From IMG/VR virus record IMGVR_UViG_3300030433_002369, positions 1 to 47,004 of that record: 47,004 nt of DNA. One strand, given 5' to 3'. Of this stretch, positions 8,154 to 15,479 are shown piece after piece (the stretch's first letter is position 1; every line of letters starts with the position of its first letter). This stretch comes from a virus (lineage: Duplodnaviria; Caudoviricetes). Below the pieces are notes generated by a model, which was not told the DNA's origin, did no database searches, and saw only the letters and a program-made list of their open reading frames with translations. Position numbers and translations under genes: made by a program.

Positions 8154-8375
8154 ATGTTAGCAGTAACCCTCACGATTGGAACATTAGTTTCCATTATGAT
8201 GTTTTTTGTAGGAGGTGTGGTAGGATGGTTGGCGAAAGACCATGTATATCAAACCCAACCCGTTTACACTCACCCAGAGATGTTTGATGAAAACGGAAAT
8301 CTATTACCAGACGAAATTTTAGCAGTACGATTTGAAAATGGCTATGACGAATTCGACGAAGAAGACGACAACTAG
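8154..8375 (+). CDS. DUF2973-like membrane protein
   Basis: GGAGG SD; TM helix then HPEMFDENGNLLPDEILAVRF. Confidence 0.7.
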   Translation: MLAVTLTIGTLVSIMMFFVGGVVGWLAKDHVYQTQPVYTHPEMFDENGNLLPDEILAVRFENGYDEFDEEDDN

Positions 8376-8946
8376 AAAACCGAGAGCAACAAAACCGAAA
8401 GTAAAGGCACCAACAAAGTCAGTCGAACTGCCTACTAATCCTTTTGTTTTTGAGATATTAGAGGCAGTTTCTGCTCAAAGATCTGGTGCTAAGAAGGTAG
8501 AGGTTCTGAAAAAGTATGAGGACAACTCTGTCAAATCTGTATTGATTTGGAACTTTGATGATAGTGTTGTCTCTATGATTCCTGAAGGCGAGGTCCCTTA
8601 TGGCGATCCTAATGAGCAGAGTGCTTTTGAGGGATCACTTTCTGGAAACATTGCGAATGAAGTAAAGGGTGGTCAGTCTGCCACCGGACAAGATCTTGAC
8701 GGTAGGAACAAAACATCTCTTCGTAAAGAGTGGACTACCCTTTACAACTTTGTAAAAGGTGGAAACGACACTCTTACCAAGACTCGTAGAGAGATGATGT
8801 TCATCAATCTTCTTAGGGGACTTCATCCAAAGGAGGCAGAACTTCTTTGCCTTGTGAAGGATAAAGCACTTACAACTAAATATAAGTTAACAAAGGCGAA
8901 TGTCTCTGAGGCATATCCCGATATCGATTGGGGTGGTCGCTCATGA
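8338..8946 (+). CDS. Conserved T4-like hypothetical protein
   Basis: About 200-aa ORF with PEGEVPY and RREMMFINLLRGLHPKEAE motifs. Confidence 0.75.
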   Translation: MAMTNSTKKTTTRKPRATKPKVKAPTKSVELPTNPFVFEILEAVSAQRSGAKKVEVLKKYEDNSVKSVLIWNFDDSVVSMIPEGEVPYGDPNEQSAFEGSLSGNIANEVKGGQSATGQDLDGRNKTSLRKEWTTLYNFVKGGNDTLTKTRREMMFINLLRGLHPKEAELLCLVKDKALTTKYKLTKANVSEAYPDIDWGGRS

Positions 8947-9281
8947 CAGTAACCGTAGAAACCAAGGAAGAAGAGATGGGTTCTTTGCCGATCAAACCAG
9001 AAGACCCTTCGTCATATGGATGTCAGATCCTGCAAGAGAAAACCACTCTTGAGGCGGCAAATGATAAAACACTCCCTAATGATGCCAGACTAGTCTGGTA
9101 CATTGATAATGGTGTAGAGTATATTGATCTTACGAGATGTAAGAAAACATCCCAACTCTTTGATATGTACTATGATCGATATGGTAAGGGTGCTGTCCAG
9201 AGAATTGATTTTGGATATGGTACAGTGAATCCCAAACTGTGGGGATACAAATCAAAAGATAAAGACAAGAAGAGAAAATGA
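8943..9281 (+). CDS. Hypothetical protein
   Basis: ATGA overlap; FDMYYDRYG and GYGTVNPKLWG. Confidence 0.7.
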   Translation: MTVTVETKEEEMGSLPIKPEDPSSYGCQILQEKTTLEAANDKTLPNDARLVWYIDNGVEYIDLTRCKKTSQLFDMYYDRYGKGAVQRIDFGYGTVNPKLWGYKSKDKDKKRK

Positions 9282-9463
9282 GTAAAGGATTTGATAAAGA
9301 TCTCTTTGACGTTGAAGTTGAAATGCCTCATGAAGACATTCAGAAACTCGTCAAAGAGTATAAAAAATTAAAGAAGTATCAGAAGTCCTCAATGTGTGAG
9401 ATTGAGAAACTTTCTGGTAAGAAAACAAAAGTTGACAAACTGGTCGATAAATACAATAGTTGA
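9278..9463 (+). CDS. Hypothetical protein
   Basis: ATGA overlap; 61 aa. Confidence 0.6.
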   Translation: MSKGFDKDLFDVEVEMPHEDIQKLVKEYKKLKKYQKSSMCEIEKLSGKKTKVDKLVDKYNS

Positions 9464-9488
9464 CTTGTCAACCAGTTTTTGCTATAGT
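9460..9488 (+). promoter_or_regulatory. Sigma70-like (early) promoter
   Basis: TTGACT-N17-TATAGT with an extended TG; a late-type ATAAATA lies at 9447-9453. Confidence 0.65.
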
Positions 9489-9514
9489 CTGCAGTATGAA
9501 AAACTACTTTCACC

Positions 9515-9712
9515 ATGTCTTATAAACCCTATTCACCTGAGTGGCATCGCAAGAGGTATCTCAAAGAAGCAATCGACACATACTTCGATGACTACGTGGA
9601 TAATACAGTAATCTATGATGATATCATGGATATCCTAGGTGCTAGGATGTCTGCTGCGGTCAATGAGGTTAACAAGGTTCTTGATTTAAAAGACAAACTC
9701 AAAATTAACTAG
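9515..9712 (+). CDS. Hypothetical protein (YKPYSPEWHRKRYL)
   Basis: ORF directly downstream of the promoter. Confidence 0.65.
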   Translation: MSYKPYSPEWHRKRYLKEAIDTYFDDYVDNTVIYDDIMDILGARMSAAVNEVNKVLDLKDKLKIN

Positions 9713-9713
9713 T

Positions 9714-10028
9714 ATGCTTTCTACTCAATACAGACTCAGACTTGAGTCCATTTGCAGATGTATTGCGAACAAAGAACAAGTTCCTTTGGAGGACATGATC
9801 TGGGCAGAGAAACTTGCTAAAGCACATACTCTTGCTAGAGATTGGTTGCAGAAAGCAAGACGCCAGGCGTCTCAAGATATTCAAGAAGGTAGCATTGACG
9901 ATTTTATGAATAGGATGGGATTAGGTGACCCCGACCCATCCAATCACAAAACGGGGTTTGATGGTGCAGATGAGATTGTAGATTGGTTCCAGAGAGATAA
10001 ACCTGATGATTGGAGGCAACGTGACTGA
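9714..10028 (+). CDS. Conserved cyanophage hypothetical protein
   Basis: MLSTQYRLRLE...DDWRQRD; tight spacing with neighbours. Confidence 0.7.
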   Translation: MLSTQYRLRLESICRCIANKEQVPLEDMIWAEKLAKAHTLARDWLQKARRQASQDIQEGSIDDFMNRMGLGDPDPSNHKTGFDGADEIVDWFQRDKPDDWRQRD

Positions 10029-10146
10029 AAAGATCACACCAGAGACTTACGAAAAGATGAATGAAGAGTTTGAGGAGGAGGGTCTCGCCTTCCGAATCAT
10101 TGTTCCTACGCAAGAAAAAATTGATGAGTGGCAAAAAAGTAACTGA
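10021..10146 (+). CDS. Small hypothetical protein (MTEKITPETYEKMNEEFEEEG...)
   Basis: GTG start preceded by GGAGG; 41 aa; found manually. Confidence 0.5.
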   Translation: MTEKITPETYEKMNEEFEEEGLAFRIIVPTQEKIDEWQKSN

Positions 10147-10273
10147 ACTGAATATAGTAAATAACTTAGTGGAAAAGATTGCTGAACTTTTGGATGCAGA
10201 GGTTCAGCATTCTCTTTTAGTTGATCATAAAGGTACAGAAAAAAGAAAAATCTCAATTACCTACAAAGACTAA
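10124..10273 (+). CDS. Small hypothetical protein
   Basis: ATG at 10124; TAATG coupling to the next gene. Confidence 0.5.
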   Translation: MSGKKVTELNIVNNLVEKIAELLDAEVQHSLLVDHKGTEKRKISITYKD

Positions 10274-10509
10274 TGGCAGCAGTAATTTATAGCAACGGTA
10301 GTCAAGAGTGTGAGCGTATGGCACAACTCTTAAAATCATTAGGTGGTGAATTTCTAGAGTATAAACTGAATCACCATTTCACTCAAAAAGGATTTGAAGC
10401 AGAGTTTGGTAAAGAGGCAGAATATCCACAAGTTAATATTGGGTTTAAGCATATTGGCAGTATGAAAGAAACACTTCAGTACATGAGTGAGAAGGGGATG
10501 TTTCTATAG
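10273..10509 (+). CDS. Glutaredoxin-like protein, single Cys (SQEC)
   Basis: Grx-fold pattern IYS...C, YPQV, HIG; paralogous layout to 7377-7610. Confidence 0.7.
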   Translation: MAAVIYSNGSQECERMAQLLKSLGGEFLEYKLNHHFTQKGFEAEFGKEAEYPQVNIGFKHIGSMKETLQYMSEKGMFL

Positions 10510-10521
10510 AAAACATTAAAT

Positions 10522-10537
10522 TGTATCACGTTTTACA
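10522..10537. promoter_or_regulatory. NtcA-binding site
   Basis: TGTA-TCACGTTT-TACA is an exact match to the TGTA-N8-TACA consensus. Confidence 0.75.
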
Positions 10538-10544
10538 AACAAAC

Positions 10545-10573
10545 TTGACTATATAGAGAAAGGGCACTATAAT
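10545..10573 (+). promoter_or_regulatory. Sigma70 promoter of the riboswitch transcript
   Basis: TTGACT-N17-TATAAT; predicted +1 near 10580, at the first nucleotide of the aptamer. Confidence 0.85.
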
Positions 10574-10579
10574 GTGCTC

Positions 10580-10814
10580 ATCGTTCATCCAACATGGTAA
10601 CACTACTGTTGGCACTTACCTTAGCCCATCACGATCCGTCACCTTATGGGTGGCATATGTCTTGTGAAAGGTATCTACAGAAGAGCGTTGAGATTCAATT
10701 AGATGGAGATCTGGACTTTAGGTCTAAACGAAATCTAATTTTGTATCTCAAATCTAAAGTAGAGGGGAGGTGTGATACGGTGTTATCATAGGACGCAAGT
10801 AGGTCGCGGAACGG
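10580..10814 (+). ncRNA. Glutamine riboswitch-like aptamer 1, split by an ORF in its P2 loop
   Basis: The 5' half ATCGTTCATCC (10580-10590) and 3' half GGACGCAAGTAGGTCGCGGAACGG (10791-10814) mirror the intact aptamer just downstream. Confidence 0.65.
10594..10791 (+). CDS. 65-aa protein nested inside the riboswitch aptamer
   Basis: Open frame with a hydrophobic N-terminus (MVTLLLALTLA) and two Cys. Confidence 0.6.
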   Translation: MVTLLLALTLAHHDPSPYGWHMSCERYLQKSVEIQLDGDLDFRSKRNLILYLKSKVEGRCDTVLS

Positions 10815-10881
10815 ATCGTTCATCTCTTCGGAGACGCAAACGACTGAAGGAACGGGGCGTAAATCCCTAGTATTTCAGGAG
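10815..10881 (+). ncRNA. Glutamine riboswitch (Downstream-peptide/class II-like) aptamer 2
   Basis: P1 CGTTC(10817)/GAACG(10850); P2 TCTC-TTCG-GAGA; CGCA; pseudoknot CTGAA(10844)/TTCAG(10874) abutting the SD; upstream of a YRG peptide gene. Confidence 0.8.
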
Positions 10882-10889
10882 TAACTACC

Positions 10890-11054
10890 ATGAACACCTT
10901 ATCACTTATCAAAAAGCAAATCGACAAGGCAGCAGCACTGCACGATGCACAAGTCCTCGTTACTAAGTATCGTGGAGTTGATTGCAAAGTGCATCAGGCA
11001 AGTGAGGAAACTCACGGCACCTACTGCTATCGTGGTCGCACTTACGTTAAGTGA
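10890..11054 (+). CDS. DUF4278-like small protein with two YRG motifs
   Basis: MNTLSLIKKQIDKAAALHDAQVLVTKYRGVDCKVHQASEETHGTYCYRGRTYVK; SD AGGAG at 10877; below the ORF-track size limit. Confidence 0.75.
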   Translation: MNTLSLIKKQIDKAAALHDAQVLVTKYRGVDCKVHQASEETHGTYCYRGRTYVK

Positions 11055-11058
11055 GATC

Positions 11059-11154
11059 ATGGAAGCACTACAAGTAACTGGGATCGTATCCCTTTCGTCT
11101 GTAGCGTTTCTTGGTTTCATCTATGGAGAGTTAGTTCTCTTACATAGAACGTGA
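11059..11154 (+). CDS. 31-aa membrane peptide
   Basis: MEALQVTGIVSLSSVAFLGFIYGELVLLHRT; starts 4 nt after the upstream stop. Confidence 0.55.
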   Translation: MEALQVTGIVSLSSVAFLGFIYGELVLLHRT

Positions 11155-11181
11155 GTTGCATCAAAACTGAATAAGTGTTAG

Positions 11182-11207
11182 AATGGGAGGGTAACCTCCC
11201 ATTTTTT
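11182..11207 (+). terminator. Rho-independent terminator closing the nitrogen module
   Basis: AATGGGAGG-GTAA-CCTCCCATT followed by a T run. Confidence 0.8.
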
Positions 11208-11393
11208 ATGGAAAGAGATAAACTAAAACTCATAGTCAGGAATCTCAAACTCCTTGTCGAAGCGTTGGAGTCTGAGGTATACTCTGATGTTGATGCATAC
11301 AAGACCAAGCAGGAAAACTTTGATGATCCTGCTGCATATTACATGACCGATTACGACGAAGTTTTTAATGACGATGACGGATACCCCGATTAA
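11208..11393 (+). CDS. Conserved cyanophage hypothetical protein
   Basis: MERDKLKLIVRNLKLLVEALESEVYSD..., acidic tail. Confidence 0.65.
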   Translation: MERDKLKLIVRNLKLLVEALESEVYSDVDAYKTKQENFDDPAAYYMTDYDEVFNDDDGYPD

Positions 11394-12018
11394 ACTGATT
11401 AGTGTCACCCCAGACGCAGAGAAGCACATGGCCTATTGTGCCCGTGTGTCGAATCCAAACAACCAGGAGAACGAAAAGTTCTCTGGTCTCCTCAAGTATT
11501 GTGTGAAGCACCAGCACTGGAGTATCTTTGAGCAGGCATACATGACCCTGGAGATCAATACTACCAGGGGGGTAGCAGCTCAAGTGCTCCGGCACCGTTC
11601 GATGACATATCAAGAATTTTCACAACGCTATGCTGATTCTTCCCTACTCGCGGAGACGATCCCTCTACCTGAACTACGGCGTCAAGACACCAAGAATCGT
11701 CAGAATTCTATTGATGATATTGACCCGTTTGTCCGTCAAGAATTCCAAATCAAAATGCAACGACACTTTGAAGAAGGAATGAAACTCTACAAAGAGATGC
11801 TTGATGCTGATATTGCAAAGGAGTGTGCTCGTTTTGTGCTTCCTTTAGCAACTCCTACCAGACTTTATATGACAGGATCTGTACGTTCATGGATCCACTA
11901 TATCGACTTGCGTTCTGCTAACGGTACACAGAAGGAGCACATGGACATTGCTCTGGGCGCTAAGAAGATTTTTATTGAACAGTTCCCTGCCGTTGCTGAA
12001 GCAATGGAATGGATTTAA
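11368..12018 (+). CDS. thyX: FAD-dependent thymidylate synthase
   Basis: RHRSMTYQEFSQRY (RHRx7S) motif; KECARFVLP. Confidence 0.95.
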   Translation: MTMTDTPIKLISVTPDAEKHMAYCARVSNPNNQENEKFSGLLKYCVKHQHWSIFEQAYMTLEINTTRGVAAQVLRHRSMTYQEFSQRYADSSLLAETIPLPELRRQDTKNRQNSIDDIDPFVRQEFQIKMQRHFEEGMKLYKEMLDADIAKECARFVLPLATPTRLYMTGSVRSWIHYIDLRSANGTQKEHMDIALGAKKIFIEQFPAVAEAMEWI

Positions 12019-12047
12019 TAAATAAAGTTAAGTAAAGGAATTGACGT

Positions 12048-12296
12048 ATGGCGACATACCCCGTTGTTCATAAAGAGACTGGCGAACAGAAAGAAGTTCA
12101 GATGAGCGTCCTTGAGTGGGATGCTTGGTGTAAGGATAATCCTGATTGGACAAGAGACTGGAGTGATCCATCCACCCTCCCTGGTACAGGGGAGGTGGGA
12201 GATTTTAAGGATAAACTTAAAAAATCCCATCCAGGGTGGAATGATGTCTTGCATAAGGCATCAAAAGCCCCAGGTTCCTATGTTCGTCCTATTTAA
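12048..12296 (+). CDS. Conserved T4-like hypothetical protein upstream of phoH
   Basis: MATYPVVHKETGE; late motif ATAAATA at 12018-12024. Confidence 0.7.
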   Translation: MATYPVVHKETGEQKEVQMSVLEWDAWCKDNPDWTRDWSDPSTLPGTGEVGDFKDKLKKSHPGWNDVLHKASKAPGSYVRPI

Positions 12297-12304
12297 TCTT
12301 TTCT

Positions 12305-13057
12305 ATGCCAGCAAAAAGGAAGACTCAAACTCCCGTTCCATTTGGAATGTCCAACAAACAAATGAAAAGAAAGAAACCACTCAATACGGATTTGATGAAA
12401 CCCATCGAACCGTTAACAGAAAACCAGCAAGAACTATTCCGCTGCTATAAGAACGATCAAAACATCGTTGCTTATGGTGCAGCAGGAACAGGCAAGACGT
12501 TTATCACGCTCTACAACGCTTTGAGAGACGTTCTTGATACCAAGACACCCTACGAGAAGATCTACATCGTCAGATCGCTTGTAGCAACTAGAGAGATCGG
12601 TTTCCTTCCAGGAGATCATGAGGACAAATCATCACTTTACCAGATTCCATATAAGAATATGGTAAAGTATATGTTTGAACTTCCTACAGAAGCAGACTTT
12701 GAGATGCTGTATGGCAACCTCAAAACCCAAGGCACTGTAAGTTTCTGGTCTACTTCATTCATTCGTGGTACAACTCTTGACAATGCAATCATCATCGTTG
12801 ATGAATTCCAGAACTTGAATTTCCACGAACTTGATAGTATAATTACAAGGATTGGTGAAAATAGTAAGATTATGTTCTGTGGTGATGCCACTCAATCTGA
12901 CCTTACTAAAACCGCAGAGAAGAATGGTATTGCTGACTTCATGAGAATTCTCAGAACAATGCCATCTATGGATATTATTGAATTCGGTGTCGAAGACATC
13001 GTTCGTTCAGGTCTCTGTAAAGAATACTTAGTAGCAAAAATGGATCTTAATTTGTAA
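12305..13057 (+). CDS. phoH: PhoH-family ATPase
   Basis: GAAGTGKT, IGFLPG, RGTTLD, DEFQN and GDATQSD motifs. Confidence 0.95.
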   Translation: MPAKRKTQTPVPFGMSNKQMKRKKPLNTDLMKPIEPLTENQQELFRCYKNDQNIVAYGAAGTGKTFITLYNALRDVLDTKTPYEKIYIVRSLVATREIGFLPGDHEDKSSLYQIPYKNMVKYMFELPTEADFEMLYGNLKTQGTVSFWSTSFIRGTTLDNAIIIVDEFQNLNFHELDSIITRIGENSKIMFCGDATQSDLTKTAEKNGIADFMRILRTMPSMDIIEFGVEDIVRSGLCKEYLVAKMDLNL

Positions 13058-13060
13058 CTT

Positions 13061-13564
13061 ATGGAAGTTTGTGATGATTTTTTATCTGAGTATCAATTCA
13101 AACAACTTGATACTCAGATATTGAGTAATGATTTATTTCCATGGTATTACAATGATGGGATAGTTGGTTCAAAAGATGGGAAAGGATATCAATTTACTCA
13201 TAGAGTTTTTGATATTCGTAAAGGCGGCGTAACATCAGCTGTCTTTCCTTTTTTTGAACCAGTTCTTGAAAAATTAAATGTTAAAAGGTTGGATAGGATA
13301 AAATTAAATTTAAATCCTCCAACTTTTTTTCATAGAGGAGGTGGATGGCATACTGATAATTATCCCACTGACCCATTTCAACATACAAAAACTGCTGTTT
13401 TTTACTTGAACACCAATAATGGATGGACAGAGTTTAAAAAAAGTGGTAAAGTTAAAAGTAAGTCGAATAGAATTGTTATCTTTGATTCTTCATTAGAGCA
13501 TCAAGGAGTAACTTGCACCAATGAAAACAGGAGAGTAATCGTGAATTTTAATTATGATATTTGA
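13061..13564 (+). CDS. 2OG-Fe(II) oxygenase superfamily protein
   Basis: HTD (HxD), YLNTNNG, distal H and RRVIVNFN. Confidence 0.8.
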   Translation: MEVCDDFLSEYQFKQLDTQILSNDLFPWYYNDGIVGSKDGKGYQFTHRVFDIRKGGVTSAVFPFFEPVLEKLNVKRLDRIKLNLNPPTFFHRGGGWHTDNYPTDPFQHTKTAVFYLNTNNGWTEFKKSGKVKSKSNRIVIFDSSLEHQGVTCTNENRRVIVNFNYDI

Positions 13565-14237
13565 ACATTGCAACCATCTTGGTGACCTCGAACTAAACAA
13601 GAAAGAAACCAAAGGCATCCGTCTCTATAACCTTCCTAATGGAGACTGGGTGCCTTCTATTACGTCTGTAACTTCTTTCTATAACCGACAGATCTTTGCT
13701 GACTGGCGCAAGCGAGTTGGTATTGAGGAAGCAAATCGCATTACAAAGAAGGCAACCAGTCGCGGAACAGACTTTCACGCGGCAACTGAACTTTACATGT
13801 TGAATAAAGAAATCAACTGGGATGATTTCAAACCCCTGACAAAGTTCATGTTCTATCATGCCAAACCATATCTCGATAAGATAAATAACATACATGCTAT
13901 AGAAAGAACTCTATATTCAGAGTATCTTGGTTTAGCAGGTAGAGTTGACTGCATCGCAGAATACGAAGGAGAACTTGCAGTCATTGACTTTAAAACATCT
14001 GAAAAGATCAAACCTGAGAAGTGGTTGGAGAATTATTTCGTTCAAGAAATGTTCTATGCCTCTGCATATTATGAACTAACTGGTATCCCTGTCACTAAAC
14101 TAATTACCATCATGGTAACTCCTGGTGGAGAAGTCAAAGTATTTGACAAACGGAACAAAGGGGACTATATTAAATTACTAGTTAGATACATTAAAGAATT
14201 TGTACATCACAATACTGGGTCAGAGAATGGGGAATGA
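13554..14237 (+). CDS. PD-(D/E)XK exonuclease (exonuclease A / Cas4-like)
   Basis: PSITSV, RGTDFH, AGRVDC, IDFKTS and Q...Y motifs. Confidence 0.88.
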   Translation: MIFEHCNHLGDLELNKKETKGIRLYNLPNGDWVPSITSVTSFYNRQIFADWRKRVGIEEANRITKKATSRGTDFHAATELYMLNKEINWDDFKPLTKFMFYHAKPYLDKINNIHAIERTLYSEYLGLAGRVDCIAEYEGELAVIDFKTSEKIKPEKWLENYFVQEMFYASAYYELTGIPVTKLITIMVTPGGEVKVFDKRNKGDYIKLLVRYIKEFVHHNTGSENGE

Positions 14238-14484
14238 ACTAGAAAAAGCACTAGAAAATAAATTCTTTTGTCCTGCCCGATTTACGCAAGAGATTGAGAG
14301 TCTTGTCCAAGAGACAAAAAGTATGACATATATTGATGCTATTATTCACTTCTGTGAGAAAAATAGTATTGATGTAGAATTTGTTCCTAAGTTGATTACT
14401 AAACCTCTGAAAGAAAAGATTAAGTATGAAGCAATGGAACTTAATTTTCTGAAGAAGAGTTCGCGAGCAAAACTACCTTTGTAA
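14227..14484 (+). CDS. gp33: Late-promoter transcription co-activator gp33
   Basis: YIDAIIHFCEKNSID...LKEKIKYEAMELNFL; canonical 33-59-32 gene order. Confidence 0.85.
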   Translation: MGNELEKALENKFFCPARFTQEIESLVQETKSMTYIDAIIHFCEKNSIDVEFVPKLITKPLKEKIKYEAMELNFLKKSSRAKLPL

Positions 14485-14497
14485 TCTTTATTTTTTT

Positions 14498-15091
14498 GTG
14501 ATGCCCTTTGATGCCTATAAACAATACCTCTCTTTAAAGAATCATTTTACTAAAGAGAAGTATGACTACCACAAGTATTGTGGAAAGAGTCGTGCGACTG
14601 TACAGTCTTTCTACAAAAGGAAAGATCGTTTCTGGTTTGAGAAACTAGCACGAAACAAAGACGACAAAGAAGTAATTGAGTTCTTTGTATCTAACTTTAT
14701 TACTTGCACTGACCCTAGTAAACTTTGGATCGGAGAAATGATCCGAGAAGGAGAAGGTAGGTACACTGCATGGAAGAAAAGAAATCAGTCTCTTTCTTAT
14801 GTTTTTAAGGAAGAACTTGAGTATATTCTTGCAAATCAGGACTTAGATACTGTATTTGCAAGAAAGAATGGTCACCCGATCATTCTCAAAAAGTATTTGG
14901 GTGGAGAAATTTCCATAGAAACTATGGTGATTCTGGATAAGATACTTGATTTCAGGAAGAACTTTGATGCCAAACTTGATGACCCAGTGTGGCAAACCGT
15001 AAGTCTCAGAATGAAGAAGTATTCACCCTTTCTAAATATTGATGTATTTCGTTACAAGAAAATCGTGAAGGAGATTGTTTTAGGAAAATGA
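14498..15091 (+). CDS. gp59: Loader of DNA helicase gp59
   Basis: YKQYLSLKNHFTKEKYDYHKY, RKDRFWFEKLA. Confidence 0.9.
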   Translation: MMPFDAYKQYLSLKNHFTKEKYDYHKYCGKSRATVQSFYKRKDRFWFEKLARNKDDKEVIEFFVSNFITCTDPSKLWIGEMIREGEGRYTAWKKRNQSLSYVFKEELEYILANQDLDTVFARKNGHPIILKKYLGGEISIETMVILDKILDFRKNFDAKLDDPVWQTVSLRMKKYSPFLNIDVFRYKKIVKEIVLGK

Positions 15092-15423
15092 GTTTTTTTG
15101 ATTCGGAAGTTGTCCGCGCAGAGATGACTGAAATAAGTGAACTCCAAGATGATGTATATCGTAATGTGTTTAACTTTCCTAAAATGAATCGGGAAGAAAA
15201 ATTGTTTCATGTTGGTCTCTTAGGTAGATTGATTGAGAAACAAAAAGTTCTTTATACTCGTCTGTCTTTATCAGATGATCCCGAAGCAAAAAAGATGAAG
15301 CAGAACATTGTTGATTCTGCTCAAATGATGGGTCTTCCTCCCAATACAGATATGAATTCTGTTTTTAGTAACATGAGCAAAATGCTTGAGGTTATGAAAC
15401 AACAGATTGACAAGGAGGAGTAA
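15088..15423 (+). CDS. DUF1825-like protein
   Basis: MSFFDSEVVRAE...RLSLSDDPEA pattern. Confidence 0.7.
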   Translation: MSFFDSEVVRAEMTEISELQDDVYRNVFNFPKMNREEKLFHVGLLGRLIEKQKVLYTRLSLSDDPEAKKMKQNIVDSAQMMGLPPNTDMNSVFSNMSKMLEVMKQQIDKEE

Positions 15424-15435
15424 TCCTCCTATAAT
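15407..15435 (+). promoter_or_regulatory. Consensus sigma70 promoter for gp32
   Basis: TTGACA-N17-TATAAT, a perfect match. Confidence 0.85.
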
Positions 15436-15479
15436 AACGAAGTTCACACAAGCCAAATCCAACTAATCCAACAAATCCT

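Noticed and set aside
10945-11058. 5' part of ORF-track call 10945-11154 and antisense ORF 10902-11120
   Set aside because: Better explained by the SD-led YRG ORF 10890-11054 plus a 31-aa ORF from 11059.
13554-14237. Cas4-like nuclease as evidence of a CRISPR system
   Set aside because: No repeat-spacer array or other cas genes were seen; this is the standard T4-like cyanophage exonuclease.
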